Source: an uncultured Eubacteriales bacterium
GTDB lineage: Bacteria > Bacillota > Clostridia > Oscillospirales > CAG-272
Direction: 5' to 3'
Assembly: GCA_900547725.1 (NCBI GenBank)
Contig: URHR01000002.1
Location: 3,294-67,293 of the forward strand
Length of the DNA: 64,000 nucleotides
Below, one piece after another: positions 11,926 through 22,156 of this stretch; position 1 is the stretch's first letter, and the number at the start of each line of letters is the position of its first letter. A program made the position numbers and the translations under genes. Below the pieces are notes generated by a model. That model worked only from the letters and a program-made list of their open reading frames with translations. It did no database searches and was not told the origin of the DNA.

Positions 11926-14727
11926 ATGGCAAAGGATTACACAAGCACACTGAATCTGCCCGTTACCGATTTCCCCATGCGGGCGGGACTGCCGCAGAGA
12001 GAGCCGGAAATGCAGAAGTACTGGGAGTCCATCGACCTGTATAACCTTATGCAGGAGAACGGCAAGGGCAAGCCGCTGTTCATGCTGCACGACGGACCGC
12101 CCTTCTCGAACGGCAACATTCACATGGGCACTGCGATGAATAAGATTCTCAAGGATTTCATCAACAAGTCCAAGATGATGATGGGCTACCGCGTTTCTTA
12201 TATCCCCGGTTGGGATAACCACGGAATGCCGATCGAATCCGCCATCATCAAGCAGAACAAGCTGGATCGCAAGAAGATGTCGATTCCCGAGTTCCGCGAA
12301 GCCTGCCACAACTTCGCGCAGGATTTCGTCAACCGCCAGAGAGAGCAGTTCAAGCGCCTTGGCGTCAGCGGCGATTGGGAACATCCGTACCTGACCATGA
12401 ACCGCTCGTTTGAGGGCAGGGAAGTCAGGGTCTTTGGCGAGATGTACAAGCGCGGGTATATCTACAAGGGCATGAAGCCGGTTTACTGGTGTCCGCACGA
12501 CGAGACTGCGTTGGCGGAAGCCGAGATCGAATATCAGACCGATGCATGCACCTCGGTCTATGTCAAGTTCCGCGTCAAGGACGACAAGCAAAAGCTTGCG
12601 GGACTCTGCGACCCGGGCAAGACCTATTTCATCATCTGGACCACCACGACGTGGACGCTCCCTGGCAACCAGGCAATTGCGCTCAGCCCGGTTGACGACT
12701 ATGTTCTGGTGCGTGCCGACAACGGCGAGTGCTATCTCGTTGCCGACGCGCTTTGCGAAAAGACCATGCAGGCGGGCAAGGTCGGCAGCTACGAAAAACT
12801 GGCGACTTTCAAGGGACAGGATCTCGAATACATGACCGCACAGCACCCGTTCCTTGACCGTGATTCTCTGGTTGTGACCGCAGATTATGTCACGATGGAC
12901 AGCGGTACCGGTTGCGTTCACACAGCGGGCGGCTTCGGCGCAGACGACCATGTGACCTGCCGCCGCTACAACCTGCCCGATCTTGTCCCGGTTGATGACC
13001 GCGGCTATCAGACCGCCGAGGCTGGCAAGTTCGCGGGAATGTACTACGAGAAGTCGAACGACGCGATCTTTGCAGATATGCAGGAGAGCGGCGCGCTGTT
13101 CGCATTCGAGAAGTTCAGCCACGAGTACCCGCACTGCTGGAGATGCAAGAACCCGATCATCTTTCGCTCCACGCCGCAGTGGTTCTGCTCGGTGGAGGCA
13201 TTCAAGGATGAGGCGGTCAAGGCTTGCGAGAACGTGCAGTGGCTTCCCGAGTGGGGCGGCGAACGGATCAAGCAGATGGTGCGCGACCGCGCCGACTGGT
13301 GCATTTCCCGTCAGCGCCATTGGGGTCTGCCGATTCCCGTGTTCTACTGCGCCGACTGCGGCAAGCCGGTTGTAACCGATGAGACGATTGAAGCCGTGTC
13401 GCAGGCGTTTGCCGAAAGCGGTTCCAATGTCTGGTACGAAAAGGAAGCGGCGGAGCTTCTGCCGGAAGGCTTTGCCTGCCCGCATTGCGGCGGCAAGTCC
13501 TTTACCAAAGAGACCGACACGCTGGACGGTTGGTTTGACTCCGGTTCGTCGCATTTTGCGGTTCTGCACGACAACCCCGATCTGAAGTGGCCTGCCGACC
13601 TCTATCTGGAGGGCGCTGACCAGTATCGCGGGTGGTTCCAGTCCTCGCTCCTGACGGCTGTCGGCGCGGGCAAAGAGCCGATTGCCCCCTACAAGACGGT
13701 TCTGACCCACGGTTGGGTTGTGGACGGAGAGGGGAAAGCAATGCACAAGTCGCTCGGCAACAGCGTTTCGCCCTCGGATGTCATTCCGAAGTACGGCGCG
13801 GATCTGGTGCGCCTGTGGGTCGCTTCCTCGGATTACCGCGTGGATGTGCGCGTGTCCGACCCGATCTTCAGGCAACTGTCCGACGCATACCGCAAGGTTC
13901 GCAACACGGTTCGTATCCTGATTGCCGACCTCTCGGATTTCAACCCCGATACCGACGCGGTTTCGTTTGACCGCCTGCCCGAGATCGACCGTTGGATGAT
14001 CTCCCGCATGAACGAACTGACCAAAGAGGTTCTCGAATCCTTCAACGACTACGAGTTCCACGCGATCTATCATGCGATCAACAATTTCTGTACGACCGAC
14101 CTTTCCAAGCTGTATATCGACATTACCAAGGATCGCGTGTATACCGAAAAGAAGGACGGCGAAGCCCGCCGCGCGGCACAGACCGCCATGTATTTCGTGC
14201 TGTCGGGTCTGATCCGACTGTTGGCGCCGATCCTTGCGTTTACCGCCGAGGAGATGTGGCAGGCGATCCCGCACAAGGCGACCGACCGCACCGAAAGCGT
14301 GTATCTCAACCCCATGCCGACCTACGACGAGGCGCTGACCTACCCCGCTGTGCGTGAAAAATGGGATCGTCTGTTTGAGATGCGCGACGATGTGATGAAG
14401 GCGCTTGAACTGGCGCGAACCGAAAAGATGGTCGGAAAGTCGCTCGACGCGAAGATTACGCTCTACACCACCGATTCGGAAATGACCGCTCTGCTTGCGA
14501 AATTCGGCGACGAGCTGAAAACCGTGTTCATCGTTTCGGGCGTTGAGGTTCGGAACGGGGAAGCGCCCGCCGAGGCGCATACCGAAGGCGCGAGCGGCGT
14601 TGGCGTTCTGGTCTCTCCCGCAGACGGTTGCAAGTGCGACCGTTGCTGGTCCTACTCCGTAAAGGGTCTGCATACCGAGGACGGCGGCTTCCTCTGCGAG
14701 CGTTGCCGCAACATTCTGGGGCTGTAA
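11926..14727 (+). CDS. ileS: Isoleucine--tRNA ligase
   Basis: AGGAG RBS 8 nt before ATG 11926. Class I HIGH (PFSNGNIHMGT) and KMSKS-type (KMHKSLGN) motifs, editing domain, C-terminal Zn cysteines (CKCDRC...CERC). Confidence 0.97.
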   Translation: MAKDYTSTLNLPVTDFPMRAGLPQREPEMQKYWESIDLYNLMQENGKGKPLFMLHDGPPFSNGNIHMGTAMNKILKDFINKSKMMMGYRVSYIPGWDNHGMPIESAIIKQNKLDRKKMSIPEFREACHNFAQDFVNRQREQFKRLGVSGDWEHPYLTMNRSFEGREVRVFGEMYKRGYIYKGMKPVYWCPHDETALAEAEIEYQTDACTSVYVKFRVKDDKQKLAGLCDPGKTYFIIWTTTTWTLPGNQAIALSPVDDYVLVRADNGECYLVADALCEKTMQAGKVGSYEKLATFKGQDLEYMTAQHPFLDRDSLVVTADYVTMDSGTGCVHTAGGFGADDHVTCRRYNLPDLVPVDDRGYQTAEAGKFAGMYYEKSNDAIFADMQESGALFAFEKFSHEYPHCWRCKNPIIFRSTPQWFCSVEAFKDEAVKACENVQWLPEWGGERIKQMVRDRADWCISRQRHWGLPIPVFYCADCGKPVVTDETIEAVSQAFAESGSNVWYEKEAAELLPEGFACPHCGGKSFTKETDTLDGWFDSGSSHFAVLHDNPDLKWPADLYLEGADQYRGWFQSSLLTAVGAGKEPIAPYKTVLTHGWVVDGEGKAMHKSLGNSVSPSDVIPKYGADLVRLWVASSDYRVDVRVSDPIFRQLSDAYRKVRNTVRILIADLSDFNPDTDAVSFDRLPEIDRWMISRMNELTKEVLESFNDYEFHAIYHAINNFCTTDLSKLYIDITKDRVYTEKKDGEARRAAQTAMYFVLSGLIRLLAPILAFTAEEMWQAIPHKATDRTESVYLNPMPTYDEALTYPAVREKWDRLFEMRDDVMKALELARTEKMVGKSLDAKITLYTTDSEMTALLAKFGDELKTVFIVSGVEVRNGEAPAEAHTEGASGVGVLVSPADGCKCDRCWSYSVKGLHTEDGGFLCERCRNILGL

Positions 14728-14743
14728 CGTGCCGCGTAACATT

Positions 14744-14782
14744 CCCCGAATCCCCCTTGTCGAAATTTTGGGGGATTCGGGG
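14744..14782 (+). terminator. 13-bp perfect hairpin 3' of ileS (terminator-like, no T-tract)
   Basis: CCCCGAATCCCCC / GGGGGATTCGGGG around a 13-nt loop. No U-run follows, so it may stabilise RNA rather than act as a canonical terminator. Confidence 0.4.
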
Positions 14783-14820
14783 GAAAGTCCTGTTGATGGC
14801 AACTTAGGTTGATAAAAAAT

Positions 14821-15010
14821 ATCCCCCCTCATCAGTCGCTCACGCGACAGCTTCCCCCCGAGGGGAAGCCTGCCGTACAGAGTGCTCCTGCTCAAAATGC
14901 AGCTTTTGTTGTTCGTTTGATCCAGCTTGTTACAACACTCGAAAGGGTTTTTGCAAAAAAGGCTTCCCCTTGGGGGGAAGCTGTCGCGTGAGCGACTGAT
15001 GAGGGGGGAT
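14821..15010. mobile_element. MITE-like non-coding element: 50-bp inverted arms around a 90-bp core
   Basis: Arm 14821-14870 equals the reverse complement of 14961-15010 with one mismatch by eye. Each arm also holds its own CTTCCCC..GGGGAAG hairpin. AAAT occurs on both flanks. Confidence 0.45.
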
Positions 15011-15110
15011 AAATCACCTCCTACGAACGGATAATTTTTCAGTCGGAATTTTAGGCTGTTGGATTGCTATACGCGGGCAAAGCCCCGAGGCTTTACGAAA
15101 GGAGAAAAAC

Positions 15111-15632
15111 ATGACCATGATTCTTGTTCTGATCGGCATCATCCTCGGCTCGGTCGGGTTGGATCAGCTGACCAAGCTGTTGGCTGTGCAGTACCTCAAG
15201 CCGATCGGGTCTTATCCGCTCTGGCAGAATGTTCTGCACCTGACCTATGTCGAGAATCGCGGCGCGGCATTCGGAATGCTCAGCAATCAGCGTTGGGTGT
15301 TCATGATCTTTTCCACCGTTGCAATCATCGGGTTGGTGGTCTACCTGTTCCGCTTCTGTAAGGAAGGCAAATGGGTCAAGGTCGCGCTTGCCATGATTAT
15401 CGGCGGCGGAATCGGCAACATGATCGATCGCATCGCGCTCGGTTATGTCGTGGATTTCGTGGACTTCACCCTGATTCACTTCGCGGTGTTCAACGTGGCG
15501 GATTCCTTTGTGTCGGTCGGCGCGGTGATGCTGGTCATCTGGTTCGTGCGGTCGATGGTGACGGAATACCGGAACGGGAAAAAGAAAAAAGCCGACGGAA
15601 CGTCGGAAGAGCATGATGACGGAACAAACTGA
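15111..15632 (+). CDS. lspA: Lipoprotein signal peptidase (signal peptidase II)
   Basis: Four-TM protein with NRGAAFG, GGGIGNMIDR and VVDFVDF...FNVADSFVSVG motifs. Confidence 0.95.
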   Translation: MTMILVLIGIILGSVGLDQLTKLLAVQYLKPIGSYPLWQNVLHLTYVENRGAAFGMLSNQRWVFMIFSTVAIIGLVVYLFRFCKEGKWVKVALAMIIGGGIGNMIDRIALGYVVDFVDFTLIHFAVFNVADSFVSVGAVMLVIWFVRSMVTEYRNGKKKKADGTSEEHDDGTN

Positions 15633-16599
15633 CCGGCTTGTCTCGCACACGGTGGAGGAAGCGGAAAGCGGAGAACGGCTTGACAGCGCGGTGGCAAACG
15701 CCGCAGAGGTAACGCGCTCCGCCGCCGCACGACTGATTTGCGAGGGCTTCGTGACCGTGGACGGTCAGGCGCGCGACAAGAATTACCGCCTGCGCGCGGG
15801 GGAGCGGTTGGAAATCCGCCAACCGCAGATAAAGGAATGCGAAGCGACGGCGCAGAATATCCCGCTTGATGTGATTTACGAGGACAGCGATCTTATCGTC
15901 ATCAACAAACCCGTTGGCATGGTGGTTCATCCTGCCGCAGGAAACCCGGACGGAACGCTTGTCAACGCGCTCCTGTGGCACTGCGGCGAAAGCCTCTCGG
16001 GCGTGGGCGGTGTCCTTCGTCCGGGAATCGTTCACCGCATCGATAAGGATACAAGCGGTCTGTTGGTGGTTGCGAAGAATGACGAAACCCACCTCGGGCT
16101 GTCGGCACAGCTTTCGGGACACCACATCCGCCGCGTCTATTACGCCATTGCCATCGGGAACCTGCCCGAGGACAGCGGAACGGTGGATGCCCCCATCGGA
16201 AGGCATCCGATTGACCGCAAAAAAATGGCGGTTCTGACCGCCGCGGGCGCACACGCGAAAAACGCCGTGACCCATTGGACCGTTGTTGCGCGCGGGGAGG
16301 GGGACGGGACCCGCTTTACGCTCCTGCGCTGTGAACTGGAGACCGGCAGAACACACCAGATCCGCGTGCATCTGGCGTCGCTCGGGCATCCTCTGCTCGG
16401 CGACCCGCTCTACGGGGGAGACAGAACCCGTTTTCAGGCGCGTCACCGCGAACTGATCCCGGGGCAGATTCTCCATGCCGCGCGCCTGACCTTTACCCAC
16501 CCGCGTACGGGCGAGCAGGTCAGCTTCGAGTGCCCGCTGCCCGCGAATTTTGAAAGGCTAAACCGCATCTTATTCGGAGACGCTCCCATTTCCGTTTAG
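15613..16599 (+). CDS. rluD: RluA-family 23S rRNA pseudouridine synthase (RluD-like) with S4 domain
   Basis: Catalytic HRIDKDTSGLLVVAKN, TGRTHQIRVHL and HAARLTFTHP. Overlaps the lspA end. Confidence 0.9.
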   Translation: MMTEQTDRLVSHTVEEAESGERLDSAVANAAEVTRSAAARLICEGFVTVDGQARDKNYRLRAGERLEIRQPQIKECEATAQNIPLDVIYEDSDLIVINKPVGMVVHPAAGNPDGTLVNALLWHCGESLSGVGGVLRPGIVHRIDKDTSGLLVVAKNDETHLGLSAQLSGHHIRRVYYAIAIGNLPEDSGTVDAPIGRHPIDRKKMAVLTAAGAHAKNAVTHWTVVARGEGDGTRFTLLRCELETGRTHQIRVHLASLGHPLLGDPLYGGDRTRFQARHRELIPGQILHAARLTFTHPRTGEQVSFECPLPANFERLNRILFGDAPISV

Positions 16600-16676
16600 G
16601 GAAGTTCTTGCGGGGTCTTGGGGGGCTTCTTTCAAGAAGCCCCCCAAGTGGGTTCGGGCAACGCCCGAGACCTTAC
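16598..16676. repeat. REP-like double-hairpin intergenic element, copy B
   Basis: GGGAAGTTCTTGCGG..GGGGGGCTTCTTTCAAGAAGCCCCCC..GTTCGGGCAACGCCCGAGACCTTA. It fills the whole gap between convergent rluD and the DeoR gene. TTA is present at both boundaries. Confidence 0.75.
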
Positions 16677-17437
16677 CCCACGCGCGAGGAAAGCACGAGT
16701 TTTTCGGGGATCGGATCGGTGAAGAAAGCGCACAGATCGCGGTCGCTGACCACGTAGTCCAGATCGCGGACGTTGCCCTGATAGAAGGTGGAGGGTCTGC
16801 CGAGCTTGCTGGAATCGATGAGCAGAATTTTCCGCCGCGCGTTCTTCAGCATGATATTCCGTACCGCAACTTCTTCGGCGTAGCAATCGTAAAAGTTGCC
16901 GTCCTCGGTCAACGCCTGAACCGAAAACAGCACCACGTCCGCGTGAATCTGCGAAAGAAAGTTCTGCGCATAACCGCCGACCAGAACCGCGCGGTTCTCG
17001 GACGAGACCAACCCGCCCGTGCAGTAAGCCTTCACGTCGTACCCCGAAAGACAAGCCATTGCGTCCACGCTGTTGGTAATGACCGTTACCCCGCTGACCG
17101 AAGGCAACAGTTCCGCCGTGAAAAACGCGGTCGAAGAACCGTCCAGAAATACGATGTCGCCGGGGGCAATGAGCGAGACCGCCGCGCGCGAGATCTGTTT
17201 TTTCTGCGCGCTGTTCTCGTGACTGCGCAGGGAAAAGGGAATATGCCGCCCGCTTGTCTGCGTGATCTTCACGCCGCCGTAACTGCGCTGAACCAGTCCG
17301 CGCTCCTCGAGGTTTTTGAGGTCGCGGCGGATACTGGAGGGGCTGATGTTCATTTTGCGGGAGAGGTATTCCACCGTTGCGTACTCGGTATCGCTCAAAA
17401 GGGAGAGAATTTCGTCCTCCCGTTCACATTTGTACAT
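16673..17437 (-). CDS. DeoR/GlpR family transcriptional regulator
   Basis: N-terminal HTH (EREDEILSLLSDTEYATVEYLSRKMNISPSSIRRDLKNLEERGLV) plus a DeoR C-terminal sugar-phosphate sensor domain. Confidence 0.9.
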   Translation of the reverse strand: MYKCEREDEILSLLSDTEYATVEYLSRKMNISPSSIRRDLKNLEERGLVQRSYGGVKITQTSGRHIPFSLRSHENSAQKKQISRAAVSLIAPGDIVFLDGSSTAFFTAELLPSVSGVTVITNSVDAMACLSGYDVKAYCTGGLVSSENRAVLVGGYAQNFLSQIHADVVLFSVQALTEDGNFYDCYAEEVAVRNIMLKNARRKILLIDSSKLGRPSTFYQGNVRDLDYVVSDRDLCAFFTDPIPEKLVLSSRVG

Positions 17438-17570
17438 ATTGTTTCAACCTTTCTGCGCGGAGATGCGCATTCTTGCATGATTATCATACCATAAAAACGC
17501 GGATTTGTAAAGGGATTTGACGAAAAAAATCGGCTTTCCGCGAGATTTTACGAAAAGACAGGCAGGTTTT

Positions 17571-18224
17571 ATGAAAATTCTTTTTTTTGATATGGAATTC
17601 GCAAACGGAAAGATTCCCGGCTCGGTCTATTCCTTCGGGTATGTGCGAACCGACCGGAAATTCCGTCTGACCGAACCGCAGACCGATCTGCTCATCAACC
17701 CCGACTGCGAATGGAACGACTATGTGCGCAGGAATATTCTGGCGTACCAAATGTCAACCGTGAAGCAGGCGTCGCTTTTTCCCGCCTACTATAAGCGGAT
17801 GAAGAAACTGCTCTGCAAGTCTGATCTGGTTGTCGGTTTCGCGGTGAAAAACGACACCACCGCGTTGCGCAAAGCCTGCGAGCGCTACGGGCTGAAGCCG
17901 CTTTCCTTCCGCTGTCTCGACCTTGAGCGGGTCTGCCGTTCCCTGCGCGATTATCCGCAGGCGCACGGGTTGGACGGATATGTCCGCGCTTACACGGGAA
18001 TTGACCCCGCAAACCGTCATCGCAGCGACGGCGACGCGTATGCGACGATGCTGCTTTTGAAGGGAATTTGCGAAAAGCACGGTGTGGACGCGCGGGATGT
18101 GGCAAAGATTTACGCAGCCGCGTTTACGGACTCTCTGCCGCAGGAAATGCAGGAAGGGAAAAAGGGCAAACAGACTGCCCGGGAGGGGACAGAGGCAGAG
18201 CCGGACAAAACGGCAAAGCGCTGA
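17571..18224 (+). CDS. DEDDh 3'-5' exonuclease (DnaQ-like) family protein
   Basis: Exo I FFDMEF, Exo II VKNDTTAL, Exo III HRSDGDAYAT. The ATG at 17571 is preferred over the upstream track start. Confidence 0.8.
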   Translation: MKILFFDMEFANGKIPGSVYSFGYVRTDRKFRLTEPQTDLLINPDCEWNDYVRRNILAYQMSTVKQASLFPAYYKRMKKLLCKSDLVVGFAVKNDTTALRKACERYGLKPLSFRCLDLERVCRSLRDYPQAHGLDGYVRAYTGIDPANRHRSDGDAYATMLLLKGICEKHGVDARDVAKIYAAAFTDSLPQEMQEGKKGKQTAREGTEAEPDKTAKR

Positions 18225-18254
18225 CTGAACCCGTTCAAAAACCGAATTTGATTG

Positions 18255-18280
18255 GCACAAGGTTTTCCTTGTGCTTTTTT
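18255..18280 (+). terminator. Intrinsic terminator after the exonuclease gene
   Basis: GCACAAGG-TTTT-CCTTGTGC followed by T6. Confidence 0.8.
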
Positions 18281-18349
18281 CTTTGCATAAAAAGCGGCGC
18301 TTGCGGTGATGATAAGAAAGACAAATTTGCGTTGCCGGAGGAAGCAGGA

Positions 18350-19888
18350 ATGGAAAAGAGCAAATCCGCGGTCGGTCAGCCGCTGTTGGAAATCCGCGAT
18401 ATGACCAAAACCTTCGGTCCGGTCGTGGCGCTTGACTGTGTGGATCTGACCGTCCTATCGGGCGAGATACGCGGCCTGATCGGGGAGAACGGGTCTGGAA
18501 AATCCACAATTTCCTCTGTTTTTTCGGGTATGCAGACGGCGGATCACGGCGTGATGACCTTTGAGGGGAAGCCGTGGCAACCGTCCGACATGAGCGACGC
18601 GCTCCGTCGCGGCGTTGGCATGATCGTGCAGGAAAGCGGAACCGTTCCGGGAATCACGGTGGCGGAAAATCTGTTCCTTTGTCGCATGGGGCGGTTTTCG
18701 GTCTTTCGTACCCCCTCGGATCGCGGGTGGGGATTCGTTTCGTCACGCAATCTTTTCCGCGCCGCACAAGAGGCGCTGGACGGGATCGGCGCGGGGCACA
18801 TCCGCGCCGAGGCGCTGACGGGGACGCTCGACATGATGGATCGCAAGCTGATTGAGGTTGCCAAGGTCTGGATTTCCCGCCCGCGCGTGTTGGTGGTGGA
18901 CGAAAGCACAACGGCGCTCTCGCAACGGGGGCGGGAGATTGTCTACGGGCTGATGGAACGCATCAAAGCGGATGGCGGCGCGGTGGTCTTTATCTCGCAT
19001 GACCTTGACGAAATCATGGAGAAATGCGACACGCTGACCGTCCTGCGCGACGGGCGCATCATCCGCACCTTTGAAAAAGCGGAATTCGAAGCGGGCGCGA
19101 TCCGAACCGCCATGATCGGGCGGGACTTGCAGGGCGATTACTACCGCACCGATTACGGAAGCCCGCGGGCGGGGCGCGTGACGGTGGAGGTGACCGACCT
19201 GTCCGTCGGCGACCGTCTGCACGGCGTAAGCTTTTCCGCGCACGAGGGCGAAATTCTCGGTATCGGCGGACTTTCGCATTGCGGAATGCACACACTGGGA
19301 AAGGTTCTGTTCGGCGCGGTCAAGCCGTCGGGGGGGAATGTCCACGTGCTCGGAAAGCCGTTGCACGACCCGAGCGACGCGATCTCCCGCGGGGTCGGCT
19401 ACGCCTCCAAGGATCGCGACACCGAGTCGCTCTGTCTTTCCGCCTCGGTGCGGGACAACATTTCCATTGCGGGGTTTCCGGTCTTTGCGCCGCGCGGCGT
19501 GATTTCTCCCAAGCGGGAGCGCGCCTATGTCCGCAGACAGATTGAGGGGATGCAGATCAAGTGCTTCTCGCAGGATCAGCCGATTGAGCAGCTGTCGGGC
19601 GGAAACAAGCAGAAGGCGGTGTTCGGAAAATGGATCGGGGCGGGGTCGCGGATTCTGATTCTGGACTGCCCCACGCGCGGGATTGACATCGGGGTCAAGC
19701 AAACGATGTATCGCCTGATGGCACGGATGCGGGAAGAGGGCAAAACCGTGATTATGATCTCGGAGGAACTGCCCGAACTGATCGGAATGTCGGATCGCAT
19801 TCTCATTATGAAGGACGGAAGAATAAGCGGAGAATACCCCCGTGCGCGAGATCTGCGCGACGCGGATCTCATCGGGGATATGATCTGA
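18350..19888 (+). CDS. Sugar ABC transporter ATP-binding protein, tandem ABC domains (CUT2 family, RbsA/MglA-like)
   Basis: GGAGGA RBS before ATG 18350. Walker A GENGSGKST, two signature motifs (the second is LSGGNKQK). ~510 aa, duplicated cassette. Confidence 0.9.
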   Translation: MEKSKSAVGQPLLEIRDMTKTFGPVVALDCVDLTVLSGEIRGLIGENGSGKSTISSVFSGMQTADHGVMTFEGKPWQPSDMSDALRRGVGMIVQESGTVPGITVAENLFLCRMGRFSVFRTPSDRGWGFVSSRNLFRAAQEALDGIGAGHIRAEALTGTLDMMDRKLIEVAKVWISRPRVLVVDESTTALSQRGREIVYGLMERIKADGGAVVFISHDLDEIMEKCDTLTVLRDGRIIRTFEKAEFEAGAIRTAMIGRDLQGDYYRTDYGSPRAGRVTVEVTDLSVGDRLHGVSFSAHEGEILGIGGLSHCGMHTLGKVLFGAVKPSGGNVHVLGKPLHDPSDAISRGVGYASKDRDTESLCLSASVRDNISIAGFPVFAPRGVISPKRERAYVRRQIEGMQIKCFSQDQPIEQLSGGNKQKAVFGKWIGAGSRILILDCPTRGIDIGVKQTMYRLMARMREEGKTVIMISEELPELIGMSDRILIMKDGRISGEYPRARDLRDADLIGDMI

Positions 19889-19904
19889 CCGAAAGGAAGA
19901 AACC

Positions 19905-20900
19905 ATGACACAGGAACTCGATTCGGAACGGGCGCGGCTTCGCGGGCGAGCCGTCCGCCGCTCCCGCCTCATCAGTCTGATCCCGCTTGCCGCCTGCCTG
20001 TTGCTCGGAGGTCTTTATCTGTTGCTTGCGTGGCAGAACGGCTATGATCTCGGCATCGGGATGGCGGTGGTTGTTTCCAACGCCACCTTGGTTGCGCTGG
20101 TGGCAACGGGCGCGACTTTCATCTTCACCGCAGGCTCTTTTGACCTTTCGCTCGGCGCGAATATGTTGGTCAGCGCCCTCGTCGGCGGATTGGTCGGCAG
20201 GGCGAGCGGGAATCTCTTTCTCATGCTGCTTGCCACCCTGGGAACGGCGATTTCGCTCAGCGTTCTCGGCGCACTGCTTGCAACCTTTTTCAATCTGCCC
20301 GTGTTCATCATGACCATCGTGATGATGAACGTTTACAGCGCGGTTTCCACGCTGATGCTGACCACGCTTGGAACAAACGCCGCATTGGCAGTTCCGACCT
20401 CTCTTGTGACGGGACTGAATCAGACATGGTTTCGTCTGCTCCTGCTTGCGGTTTTTGAGCTGTTTGCCTGCGTGCTGTTTTATCTGCTTCCGATGGGGCG
20501 GCAGGCGCGGTTTCTCGGCGGGAATCCGGTTTGCGCAAGGCTCTCGGGTATCCGACCCAAGTCGCTGACCGTGCTCTGCTTTGCGCTCGCGGGCATCGGT
20601 ATCGGGCTTGCGGCGTTTGCCATGACCGTGGAAACCCCGACGCTTTCGGCTTCGTCCGGTTCGTCGGTCGGGATGAATATGCTGATTGCAATGGTGTTCG
20701 GCGGAATGCCGATGAGCGGAGGACCGCGCTCCAGAATGTACGCGGCTCTGCTCGGCGCGTTCTCCATGGCGTTTCTGGACGCGTTGATGAATATCTACGT
20801 CACGGGAAGTTGGTATCTCCAGATCGTAAAGGGCGTGCTGTTTGCAACGGTGGTGTTCCTCTTTGCCGTCGGGCGGCGAAGCCGGATGCTGGAGCGATAA
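19905..20900 (+). CDS. ABC transporter permease (RbsC-like, BPD_transp_2 type)
   Basis: Polytopic 331-aa protein directly after the ATPase, with typical CUT2 permease composition. Confidence 0.8.
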   Translation: MTQELDSERARLRGRAVRRSRLISLIPLAACLLLGGLYLLLAWQNGYDLGIGMAVVVSNATLVALVATGATFIFTAGSFDLSLGANMLVSALVGGLVGRASGNLFLMLLATLGTAISLSVLGALLATFFNLPVFIMTIVMMNVYSAVSTLMLTTLGTNAALAVPTSLVTGLNQTWFRLLLLAVFELFACVLFYLLPMGRQARFLGGNPVCARLSGIRPKSLTVLCFALAGIGIGLAAFAMTVETPTLSASSGSSVGMNMLIAMVFGGMPMSGGPRSRMYAALLGAFSMAFLDALMNIYVTGSWYLQIVKGVLFATVVFLFAVGRRSRMLER

Positions 20901-20926
20901 TGGAATGATTGGAAAGGAATGAAAAC

Positions 20927-22141
20927 ATGAAAACAAAACTTCGGGTTCGATTGCTGTGTGCGATCCTGCTTGTCTGCGCGCTTCTGCCGCTTGCGGGATG
21001 CAAAAAGGGCGCGTCCGACCTCAAAATCGGCGTGCTGTGGGAGGACGATACCTCCGGAGAATCGGCGGCGTGGGCGAAATACCTGCGCACACTGGCAAAG
21101 GAATACGGCTTTACGATTGACTTTACCACCACAAACAGTTCGTCCTCCGAGGTGTCGGCGATCAACACCTACGCTTCCAAGGGCTATGACGCGATTCTGT
21201 TGCTGTCCGATGACGACATTGTGACATCGGTCAATGCCGCGGCGGCAAAGAAGATGTATATCGTCTGCCCCACGGGTCACCCGACCGACGAACAGCTGAA
21301 AGAAATCCGCGGAAACGAGTATTTCCTCGGCTCGGTTGCACCCACCTATGATGCCGAGTATACCGCAGGCTACAACATGGCGCGCTACTTTGTTGAGGAG
21401 AAGAAGCAGACCGCCTTTACCGTGTTCGGCGGCGCAACGCTTTACGGTTCGCAGATGCACATTCAGCGCCTTGCGGGGATTCTCGCGTATCTGTGCGAGG
21501 ACAGCGAAACTTCCTATGACGGCGCGAAAACGCGGGACGAGCTGATTGCCAAAGTTGCGGGAACGAGCCTTGATCCCACAAAATTCGTCAGCGCAAAGTA
21601 CCGCATTACAGGGTATATGGACGGTTTCGGTTTTGACGACGCGTTCTCCACCAAGCTGACCAACAGTCTGGAGAGCGGAGGAACTTGCATTCTGACGGTC
21701 GGCGCGGGCGAGGTCGTGACCAAAATTGCCTACGGAATCACCTCGGCAAACAGCAGGCTTGAGACCTGTACCGTCGGCGGCGTTGACGCGATTACGGCGG
21801 ATTATGCCGCGTGCTTCGATCTGGGATACGCTTATGACTGCGGCAAGTTCGCCTCGGCAATGGCGCCGTCCATCATCATGATTCTGTGCGCAAAGGACGG
21901 GAAGAAAATCAAAGATTCCGAGGGTTACGCGCCGAAACTTGGGCTGAGTTACTGGGTTGCCACAAGCAAGACCGCGCTGGAAGAGATGCTGAAGCGCGAC
22001 AATGCAACCGACGGGTACTGCTACAACAAGGCGGTTCTGGATCACTATATCGAGGCGGCAAGCTACGATGAGCTGTCAAAACTCTGCGCGGCGGACTACG
22101 CAGAGGCGGTCGCCATTCACGAGGCGTATAACAAGGAGTAA
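20927..22141 (+). CDS. ABC transporter substrate-binding lipoprotein (type I periplasmic-binding fold)
   Basis: Signal peptide plus lipobox LLPLAGC. KIGVLWEDD...YDAILLLSDD pattern is typical of sugar-binding PBP1 proteins. Confidence 0.8.
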   Translation: MKTKLRVRLLCAILLVCALLPLAGCKKGASDLKIGVLWEDDTSGESAAWAKYLRTLAKEYGFTIDFTTTNSSSSEVSAINTYASKGYDAILLLSDDDIVTSVNAAAAKKMYIVCPTGHPTDEQLKEIRGNEYFLGSVAPTYDAEYTAGYNMARYFVEEKKQTAFTVFGGATLYGSQMHIQRLAGILAYLCEDSETSYDGAKTRDELIAKVAGTSLDPTKFVSAKYRITGYMDGFGFDDAFSTKLTNSLESGGTCILTVGAGEVVTKIAYGITSANSRLETCTVGGVDAITADYAACFDLGYAYDCGKFASAMAPSIIMILCAKDGKKIKDSEGYAPKLGLSYWVATSKTALEEMLKRDNATDGYCYNKAVLDHYIEAASYDELSKLCAADYAEAVAIHEAYNKE

Positions 22142-22156
22142 GGGAGGGGTGCCGCC

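Noticed and set aside
11911-14895. 994-aa minus-strand ORF covering ileS
   Set aside because: This is the same antisense artefact. The plus-strand frame is a textbook IleRS preceded by a T-box leader.
14809-14991. 60-aa ORF inside the inverted-repeat element
   Set aside because: It lies within the palindromic arms of the MITE-like element and has no RBS. Its mirror-image sequence is a by-product of the inverted repeat.
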